DNA of 64,000 nt from Klebsormidium nitens (lineage: Eukaryota; Plantae; Klebsormidiophyceae), in contig DF237424.1 in the NCBI GenBank assembly GCA_000708835.1, positions 1 through 64,000 on the forward strand. The letters are read 5' to 3'. Within the stretch, counting starts at the first letter, position 1, and the number at the start of each line of letters is the position of its first letter. Positions 54,551 through 64,000 of the stretch are shown here, piece after piece. The translations under genes were made by a program, and so were the position numbers. The notes beneath the pieces were generated by a model. It saw only the letters and a program-made list of their open reading frames with translations, had not been told where the DNA came from and did not search any database.

Positions 54551-57230
54551 TTAGCACTCAGCTGGTGTCTGCGGTGTTTCCGCCTCTTGACGCGCGCGCG
54601 CGCGCTTGGCGGCTTCCCTCAAGATGCCGGAAACCCCGCTAGCAATCATGGCGGCGACGTCTGTTACCGTGTCTTCCCGAAGCTGGTCGCCCGCCACGTC
54701 AGCAGTCGCCCAGGCTTTTAATGACGGCGCCGCCGCGCCCCCAACGTCATCATGCGAATGCGCCGAAGACTCTCGGCCCTTACTGTCTTTGGGAAACTTG
54801 TCGGCGGGACGTTTCTGTTCGATGAAGATACAAAAGTTACAAGGGCAAACATCTCTGCACTGTGTGCTGAGACGGAAGGTAACTACATTTGAGGGTCCGG
54901 TCAACACGGGTAAACGAGCAAAGGTCAAATGCTGCATGATTACGCCGATGAAAACTTGCAGGCGGACAGTCTTCCATAACCAGCGTGTGCTCAAGTCGGG
55001 AACAGCTTTCCGTTTACTCAAGTGTATCGTGAAGAGGCTGTTGAGCATGGCATCTCACCTTCCGCTTGCCGTAGGATATATTGGGGCAGTATCTGCCGAG
55101 GTGGGTGATGACGCCACGTGGCGTTTGGAACTTGGCCCCGCACTTATCGCACTGCGTGGCACTGCCAGCTCCAGGGCGCACGCGCGCACCGCCAGAAGAG
55201 CGCGCGCTCTCCGCGGCCGCCGCGCCGTTCTGTAGAACGCGAGCAAGGGAGATACGTACGATCGTCAATGAGACGCGCTGGCAACGAATGACACGTATCT
55301 GGCCGGCCCTTAACGTCCAAGGTTTCAGACAACATCATTGTAAACAACAATGGAAACACTTCAAAGAAACGGCCGTTTGCTTGTCTGATTATCTTTGAAG
55401 GATTCGGTGTAAAAAGGAAGAACTCCGCGAACAAGGAACGAAACTGCAAGGTCACACAAGCTGCGCTGCAGGTCAATTGCTCATGCATAGAAGCATCACA
55501 TCTAGATCCACTCTGTATAACTCCGTTGCTTTCTTAATAAGGTTGGCAAATTTGTTCTAGCCACGGCCTTTTTCCGTATACGTTCCCGGTCTACACCTCA
55601 AGTGTTTCTTCTCAGTGTAAAGCAGGGTCTTTTGACAAGAAAGACACATCGGCCTGCTCTCAGCCAACGCACTTCTGACTTCGTTCTCACCTCGGTCCCA
55701 CTGACCGGCTCTTCTTGATCGCCGGAGCGCGCCGCCTCCAACAGAGACCGCCAATCGGCTGGCGGTGCATACTCCCCGTCCGCCAATACGCGTCCGCAGG
55801 GAGTCCGCCGAACAGCGTCCGAGGCCGTCCGATTTGCCCTCTGCCAACGCGTGCAAGGAAATCGGGGCGTGTCAGTGACGACTTTGCTGCAAGAACCGGA
55901 CGGCTTCATTGAGAGCCATGAGTTAATACTTTGCACGGAGGACGTCGTCGCCGAAACGCTCTTTCTATGCTCATTAAATCGAAACGGCGTAAGAGGAGCT
56001 TGTCCACTTCGAGCTGCTGGGCTGAGGAAAGGAGGTCACAAGACAAGGCCGATGCATTTTGTTGATACGAGATTATTCGTTTCAGCATGTGACGGGCGCA
56101 GGTTGGAGGTTTCAAAAGTACAGAGGATTTAATCTGTTGGAAAGCTACGAGAAAAGAAAAACCCGTCAAGAGTTTCTGTCGATTGTAACATTGGAAACAG
56201 CACGAGAAAAAGAAAGACCCGCCAAGAGACTCTGTAGATTATTTTGATTCTTTAAACCCGCAACTCCCAATTTGCGCACGCAAGCTGTGAAGGAAAGACC
56301 TGTAAAGCAACAAAGCTGAGCTTTCCTGCTTAAGTCAAAAGGCGTTTCACCAAACTATCCACATTGAAGGGCAGTAATTTGAAGCTCATCAGGCTGATCC
56401 GCAGAGAAGCAAAGACTTCCAGGAGACATGTCAGTCAAGGATTGAGAATCATGAATTGCAAGGACCCACCAGCCAGATCTGCCTCTCCCGCTCGAAGTTG
56501 ACCATCATGAGGGCCAGGATCTTGGCCAAAGCAGACGAAGAGCGAACCTCCCTGCGAGTGAATCAAAGGCAATGAAGACGGTATCGTTCTTCGAGATCTC
56601 AGTATGTTTCAAGAAGGGGCACAGAGTAGAGTAGGACCGCAGCCTGAGAAATTACCCCCTAAGCGAAGAATGAGAGACCTCGAAAGAGAGAGATTACTGT
56701 TCTGCGTGTCCCTCAAGCACTCGAAGTTCTTCGTGGATGATCCAGGTTCTGGATTCTGGATCATCCACGTAAAAGTTCATGTCTTGAGTACTTCACACTG
56801 TGACAGTTTCTAGAGAGGGCCAGTCTACGTTATAAGAATCGGTCATCAGCAGATGAGCCATGGCAGCTGTTTTGACTCACTCGAGTGAGTCAAGTTCCTT
56901 CGCCGCGTCGAAGTCCCGCTTGAAGTGCTCGTGCATGCTGCCCCACACCTGCTTGTCTATCGAGAATGTCGAGCTCTCAGCATCATACAGAAAGCCTTTG
57001 AACTCATCCCCCTCAGTCTTAGGCGCCCACTTGGCAAGAAAAGGGTTTACCACCGCCATAAAGACAAGAGCGGGCCTCTTTGCGTTGCATTCAATAGCTG
57101 CTTGAAACACGTTATACCAGGCAGAGAGCCCCACGCAAAACTCGTCGATCTCGGGCCAGGTGCCTTGGTGTTCCTTCTGCCCAAAGTCCTTTCGCTTCAC
57201 CAGGAGTACGCACGCCCGGTGATGGGACGC
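54551..57230 (-). CDS. Uncharacterised multi-exon protein with a C2HC zinc finger; 5' end unresolved (further exons probably up to ~58000)
   Basis: The candidate chain 56881-57230, 56698-56790, 56470-56551, 55930-56016, 55691-55840, 55059-55229 and 54551-54814 is phase-consistent (1197 nt). Exon 55059-55229 encodes QCDKCGAKFQTPRGVITHLGRYCP (C-x2-C-x12-H-x4-C). The middle exons are less certain. Confidence 0.55.
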
Positions 57231-58802
57231 CTGGGATAGAATCGAATCGTCCCTTTCCATCTTTGCTAGTGACCCGCTTCAAAAAGCTGCATACGAGAGA
57301 AAGCAGAAGACGTCCCTCCGGATGCGAGTTTTTAGCGTCTCATGTTGCGAAGGTGCACTGGACCCTCGTTCTGGTAATTATGAGACCGCTGTTTTCGTCG
57401 TGTTGTGGCCAGCAATCTCTCTTCGCTTTGATGAAACAGTATATTAGCAGACTGAGCGTGAAGGTACTGACGAAGTTGTCGCCTGTACTGCTAAGCAAAA
57501 TTCGAGTATGACCAGGCTGCCTCGAATGCGCAGAGGCTTAGTCCTCGTCGTTCGACGATTTTCTCCAATGATCTGCATGGCGAGGCTTTCCGTACGATTT
57601 TGCGGATTCTCCCGAGAGGAAGCCCAGCTAGCATGGATTGATGTTGTGAAGATGCATGGAAGGGCACCTCAATTGGGCAGGCAGCCAGAATTACTCTCTC
57701 GCAAGGCTGGGGGCCTTCTTCCCGTAGAGTGGCGTTCTTTTGTAGAGGAGATACTTCAGCGCAGGCAAGTCACTGTGTAGGAATTAGAGTGGAAGCGAAG
57801 GTCCGCTGAAAATGAGGTCTTACCCGCTGCACAACCAGCTTGCATTCAGTCATTTCGAAGCAGGGAAGCTGACCGGCTGGGCGCGGCGCTGCATTTCCGC
57901 GAGACCTCAGGGATCGATTTTGCTCGGGTGCGCACGGAATACGGTTCTTGAGGGACCATCTTCTGAGTGCCGCGCTTCTTTGCAAGACCTGCTGTTCTCC
58001 CACTTCAGAAAGAGGTGTGCAAGCTCTTAGAAGGAGTCAACTCTGGCAAGGGACCTCCTACTAGTATTCATTGGGTTAAAAGGGGCGCGAGGTGAGTTAC
58101 GAGGATGAAGTTCGGCAAAACGTTGGCATGCTCCATCTACAGCCTCTTACAAAAGAAGAGGAAGGAGAAGCATCCAAGATGTATGAAATGCCACTCATTA
58201 TCATCATAAGAAGGAGTATGAAGACACATTTGGAAATTCAGTTTGAACATACGTAGCTTTGAGCAACCAAGCTGCTATTTTTTGCACGTGTTAGCTAGCG
58301 CAACTCCGGAGTCACCATATTGTCCACGGTTCGAAATTGAGAAAGCTTTGCTGCGTTACGCCCTGATAGCAGGTTCCTAAGAATCGGTTTTTGTGGAGAA
58401 GACAGACAATCTCCAAGATTTCACTTCCTTGTGATTTGAAGAGTTGACTCAAAGATTGGATCCCGAAAAAGCCTTGGGAATCTGCTCTTGAGCATTGCCA
58501 GAAGGTCATTGGTCAGCATCCCCTTCGTAAGAAGTTTCTGTGAAATAAGGCAGTGGCGGATACAGCCTGTTTCTTTTGCCACGTCATATCCACGTCAGAT
58601 TGATTTACGAGGTTGTGGGAACCTTGAATGTTTCTCCTTCGTCCTTGTCCTGACGGACGACCTTTCTTCAGACATCATTGCACAACTGGGCAGTTTGACC
58701 AGCTGCTGCTAGCGCTATCCATGCAGAAACACTTCGCTTCTGCTTCGCGGTCTGTGTCAAGTCCGTCGAACTCGGCCCCCCTCGAGGACAATTCCAACCA
58801 CC

Positions 58803-61622
58803 ATGGCGAACTTCTGGCCAGGTCCTGCTGCCCATTTCTCGCCCCAGGGTCCCGTTAGACCTCCAAATTCTCAAAACCCTCAACCCCTAGTTCAGCAGCC
58901 GCCGCAACGTTTCGTGACGTTTCAAGGTCAGGCCCAATCTTCGCTCGGACAGGAACGACTTTTCGGACAGGCGCAGGGCTTTGGTCAGCCGCAGGGTTTC
59001 GGACTGCCCCACGAAACGGGACACGTGGCAGCTTCCGGACATGTGGGCGGTTTTGCGCAACCTCTTGCGTTCGGACAGGGTCTGGGTATTGGACAGGCGG
59101 CATACGGGCAGGTCCAACAAGGCTGCCTCCCGGGGCACTTAACCGGTCACGCCATGCAGGCTCAGCAGACGGGGAAGAACTTCCCTGAGAATCAGTGCGG
59201 GGGTCAATTGCTTGTGGTTAACCCCCTCGCGGTCGCTCAACCGGCCACCCCTAACCACTTTGTTTCGGTCCAGACCGGGACGGTGTTTCCTAACCCTGGC
59301 ACAAACACCCCGGTTCAAAACGCACCTATGCTCGGTAACCCGGGTCAGTTGCTCCAGCTTCAACCGGGGGTGGTGCTCCCCAATCCGGGTCAAGGTCTCC
59401 CGGTCCAAGGGATAAACGTCTTTCCAAACGTGTATCAAGCTTTTGCGGGCCAGGCTCAAACCCCGTTCTCTTTCCCGGTGGCGGGCCCCCGACCTGTGAC
59501 GCCTCCCAATTCTCATCTAGTAGCAGCCTTGGGCAAACCCAGTCCGATTCTCCCCAGTTCGAGTAGCTTCCCCCAGAGGCCAGTCCAGCCGAATAGTCCT
59601 TTCCAGAGAGCTGTCGGGGGGAGCTTCCCGGGGCACGCAACGCCGCAAGAGCAACCCCCCAGCACACTGACAGTCAGACGGCCGTGGCAACAGCGGTGGC
59701 GCGGGATGGGCAAGCAGTGCGAGGAGCCGGGGTGCAACTTCTTTGGGGGACGTAAGACTTTCGATTTCAATCTGGAGGTCTACAATAGAGTCAGAAAGCT
59801 AAAGTTGTTTCTTCGAGTCGAGGTGAAAGAGCGGATAACGCAAGGGAACTGCTAGGCGTGAATGCGCCGCATTTGTAATGCAGAGGCTTGTGTGAAAGCT
59901 TGATTCCACCTGTTCTCAGCACGGGCACTCGGTTGAACAACGAAATACCCAGAAATTTCGCATGAGTTTGAGCGCTGCTCCAAGTGCATTGATCGTTGTC
60001 TCGGTAGCTTAGCTTGGGGAGGTTGTCATTTCTTCGGATTGATTGGCTTTGATTCTAGATGTGGAGGTCCTTTTGTGACGCCATGCACAAAAGAGAGAAT
60101 TGGTCAATAGCCCTTAAGCATGTTTTTGATGCTCTGACATCGTATGGGGTCAAACGAGCGCCTGCCTAATTAAACAGTACCAGCAACTCTCGACTTCGAT
60201 TGCCTGAGAAGGATTGGTCCACTTGGGTGTATTCGAGAATGCGCTTCAAGGCTCTTCTGGACTATTGAAAGTTCTTTTAGTTCAGCTTCAAAACGCCGAC
60301 TTCCTCGATTGCTAGAGTTCGCCATCCAACAATCTTGCAATCAAATAGCCCACTTGTCTTCGATGGCGCTTCGTCAGATTTTAAGCCCGCTCTCTTTCTC
60401 TATCTGCAGGCAAGGCGATGGCCAAGCACCGCTTTCATAACCACGACGAGGTACCGACCCCGCCCAAAGCGCCGGTGAGCAAGGAAGCAGGGGAGAAGGC
60501 GCTCAGGTGGCGGGAGGACCGCAAAAAGTGCTTCCCAACAGGGGCCAATATCCAGAAAAAGGTGAGCGCAGCCTCTGTATCGCACATGAGTCGGTTCCTT
60601 GCAGATTGTACGCGCGCATGAGCCGAACAGGCCAACTTTGAGACCGCTGAAGTCGTTTACGAAAGGGTTAGCAGACGAGGCGCCTTGCAATCAAAAGCTT
60701 GGGCGGAAGGGTTGATCAACTTCGGAGAACTTGGCAGCAGAACCTAAAACTTCGTTGCCACATGCTACAGTTTTAGGTTCTGCAGAGAGCTTTTCAGGGG
60801 ATTCGGAATTCATCATCTCGATCTTAAGACGCCGTCTCGCTACATTACTGTTACATTACATTACTACTTTAACTGTTCTTCGAAGTCGGGATACGAAACC
60901 CTGCAGACCTCGTGTCCTTTCTGTTTTCGTCGTCGCATGCTTGAGCTGCCTCTCGATCGACCAAGCTAGCTAAGCGTCCCCTTAAAACCTTCTTCAGTAT
61001 AAATATCCGATTCAGAGGAACATCCAGACTTTACGAGGAGACACCTTTTTGACACAACCGAAACTGCAAATAAAAGCGGGCCAGCCTCCATGAATGAGGA
61101 GCCGCAACGCCCACTTTTTCAGAGAAGGAAGACGACAAACCGGAAAGACTCCAATACTGTGTAGAAGACGGTCAAGCACTGGGCATCTTCTGCTTTCTGC
61201 AGTTGGCGGAGGGCGCCGCGCGCTTGGCCCGCGGCGAGCTCGACCTGGAAGTCGACAGCCGCAAAAGACGGCGGCACCTGCGGCAGCTGGTCAGCCGGGG
61301 GCAGCAACTGGGCGTTCCGGTGCCCGCAGGGCTGGAGCGTTTCCTCGAGGACGATGCGACCGGGGGAAAGCCCCGAGGCGCGAAAGAAGACCGGGCGGCT
61401 GGCGGTGCGGCCTTGGACTGGGAGACGTTCTTCGGTCGAGTGCTGAAAGCGGAGGAAGGGGCGGAGAACGGTGGGGCGGAGGAGGGGGAGCTAGGAGAAG
61501 AGAGGGAAATGCTGGAGGGGCAGAAAAAGGGGAAAAAGGGCAAGTCGAGCAGGAACAGGAAGACGCGAGAAGCTGCTGACGAGGACGGGAAGCGCGTGCC
61601 AAAGCGGGAAGCAGGCCCGTAG
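58803..61622 (+). CDS. NUFIP1: NUFIP1/Rsa1-like box C/D snoRNP assembly factor with a long Q/G/P-rich N-terminus, 3 exons, ~506 aa
   Basis: Exons 58803-59751, 60410-60561 and 61203-61622 join in phase. The junction rebuilds a C2H2-like finger (CEEPGCNFFGGRKAMAKHRFHNH), followed by the NUFIP1 motif WREDRKKCFPTGANIQKK and the plant-like RRRHLRQLVSRGQQLGV helix. Confidence 0.8.
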
Positions 61623-62927
61623 AGATTTTTTAGGAGCGGCCCGGGGGGAAGCGTTCATGGGAAGCGGGGTTAAGGAGGAGCCTGGGGGCCTCGCGGCGAT
61701 GGGGCCGAGATTCGGGATAATTGAGCGTCAAAGCGGGTGCAGTTACGCGCCTGACAGGGCAGCGGCAGAACTTGCATCATGATGAGTAGACCTTTCTTTG
61801 GACGAGCCTGTAAAATTCGTTTGTAGCGGACATGGAAAACACTTGAGAAAATCGTTTGGGCAATGGCAGGGAGCGTTAGCTAGTCTCGCCTGCGCAGAAA
61901 TATAGAAACACAGTTCGATCTGACGAGTCGGCATGCATGCATGAGCTAGTTTACGAAGTGCTATCTTGTAGCGCAGGGTATAATTGTAACACAGGACATG
62001 GATCTGGGCAAATCCTTCGCTTACAAAAGTTCATCATTACAGGCTGCCGAGGCTCCGCGTACGCACGCTCGACGATTTGTACAAGACCATGTGCATGCAA
62101 GAGGTCGATGATTGGCAGTTGTATTTCACTTACAAGTCTGTTCTGGACATGTGCAGCAAATCGATGCTAATAGACATGCGTAGCATCATTACGCAATTCT
62201 GATAAGTCATCTAGAACGGGCCCGCTTGTGCACAAAATTAAGTGCAAGTACATGAAAAACGCGGCTCAGCGCCGACCGGCATGTCGTGTGGACGGCCGAA
62301 TGCTCGCTGGCTGCGACAGTGCGACCATGGATTGAAAAACATTGCACGGAAGGAATTGCAAATATAGACGTTTGACTTGCGCACATGCCAACGCTTCTTG
62401 ATAAGCAGCTTAACTAAAATAGTGTACATTTCGCTCTGTTACCTCTTCATTTTCGCAGCTTACTATCGGACCCGACTGTCTTAGACCATATTGACGGCTT
62501 CCGTGTAAGTTTACTACAGTATTGCAAGCCCAGACAATCGACAACTTCTAGATATAGACCTATCTTTCGACTATAATAAATCAGCTCCTAATAACCCTGT
62601 TTAACGTGCTAGATAGTTACCATGTTGCATTCAATAGCACAGGAAATGTTCAGTGAACGCAAGTGCCGTGCTACACTTGCACTCGGCCCCTTCGAATAAT
62701 CACTTTATGTATACCATATGACCACGGGCTCTTCAAACACCTCCGGTCGTCAATGCGCGAACAACATCCTTTCAACCCCTTCTCGAGCCACCCTCCGGCG
62801 CGCATCCCCGAGCTCCCGGGCTCATTCTCCTGGCTCTCCAGAGGCGCAACCCCAGCTTTCCGAGCCTTCCATCCAACCAATAAACCGCAGAACCCCGGGC
62901 TCTTCAAAACCGACTCCCCCGGGCGCC

Positions 62928-63938
62928 TTACACCTTGTGCTCGGGCATCCCGGTGTCCTGGTAGGGCTTGGCCGGGGGGCTCCCGGTTGGCGACAACTCG
63001 GCCTCGGGCTCCGGCACGGGCATGCCCGCCAGCTTGCGGCCGTGGTAGTAGAGGTAGTCGGGAATGTGCAGCAGGATGTAGCAGCAGATGCCCGCGATGA
63101 CGCCATACGCGATGGAGTACGTCAGGGGCATGATGATGATGGTCAGGAACGCGGGGATGCCGTCGCGCGGGTCGTTCCAGTTGATCTCCGCGATGGCCTT
63201 CATCATCATGGCGCCAACCTGGGAAGCGAGAAGGGGAGGCGAGCGGGTCAGGTTCAACCGTGAGAATTCGGGTTTCTTAAACGAGGAGCTCGGGAATTGC
63301 AAAACTCTCCAGCCTAACGAGGCTCTCATGCTGGCAGGGAATTGAGAAATCCTAGCTCTTTGTCTCTTTTCAGTTTTAGCTTTTAGAAAAAGTTCATATC
63401 TGAGCGAAACCATCAAACGCAGCCCCGTTCGAGCCTCCTAGAGCAAATACGTCAGATCTGAGTTGCCAGGCCCTTACCAAGAAACGGAGGGACAAATCTT
63501 GTTTCCGTAGTAGCAAGCTAGACCCGTCACGACTACGGACGTCACCATAGACTGTAGTGCTAGCCAGCATCACAACTTGCTCACTCGCACCGTCCCTTGC
63601 TGTCCACACTAACCAAGCCACCTTCGGACCCCCTCAACACAAATTCGAATACGGAGGAAAAGAAAAGAAGAAGAAGAAGGCGGCGCTCACCAGGATGAGG
63701 GGCGGCCCGTTGGCCCAGGGCGGGATGGAGGCGAAGATGGGCGCGAAGAAGAGGGACACGAAGAAGAGCGACGCCACAGTCAGCGCCGTGAGGCCGGTGC
63801 GGCCGCCCTCGCGGATACCCGTGGCAGACTCCACGAAGACGGTCACGGGAGAGGTGCCCAGAGCGGACCCGACCACGATCGCGGTGGCGTCCGACATGAA
63901 GGCGGGGTACTGCCCCGGGAAGTTGCCCTCCTCGTCAA
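62928..63938 (-). CDS. AZG: Adenine/guanine permease (AZG, NCS2/AzgA family), last two exons; gene continues beyond the window
   Basis: Exons 63691-63938 and 62928-63218 encode [40 protein letters not shown] and [39 protein letters not shown]. Confidence 0.95.
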
Positions 63939-64000
63939 CTGGAGGAGATAGAGGAGAAAGGTTACGTTCAGCAGTAAGGTTCGAGTTCTTTCCGTATTCG

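Noticed and set aside
58105-58210. MKFGK start resembling an SPX domain
   Set aside because: The ORF stops after 34 codons and lacks the following W/Y..YK.LKK motif.

Overview
Eukaryotic, intron-rich genomic DNA. It is plant-like with compact intergenic spacers, which fits a streptophyte alga such as Klebsormidium (inference from gene content and style, not proven). I reconstructed exon chains by hand from GT-AG signals and codon phase, and 13 protein-coding genes are supportable. Ten are recognisable: PWP1 (-), plastid co-chaperonin CPN20 (+), a pterin-aldehyde-reductase-like SDR (-), RAB7/RABG3 (+), a PTPLA/HACD VLCFA dehydratase (-; hidden in 9 small exons and not recovered as a whole by the ORF track), WD40-cyclophilin CYP71 (-), V-ATPase subunit B (+), RNA Pol II subunit NRPB11 (+), a NUFIP1-like protein (+) and the 3' end of an AZG purine permease (-). 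Three have no recognisable overall identity. The most striking is a 3-exon, ~741-aa gene (25689-28814) that fuses a PHD finger to four EsV-1-7-type Cys/His repeats, a motif known from giant algal viruses and brown algae; it sits beside a 704-N assembly gap. The others are a 7-exon MGCGAS (dual-acylation) helical protein with a GC-AG intron, and a multi-exon C2HC zinc-finger protein. Most genes occur as head-to-head pairs. No rRNA, tRNA, CRISPR array or intact transposon was found.
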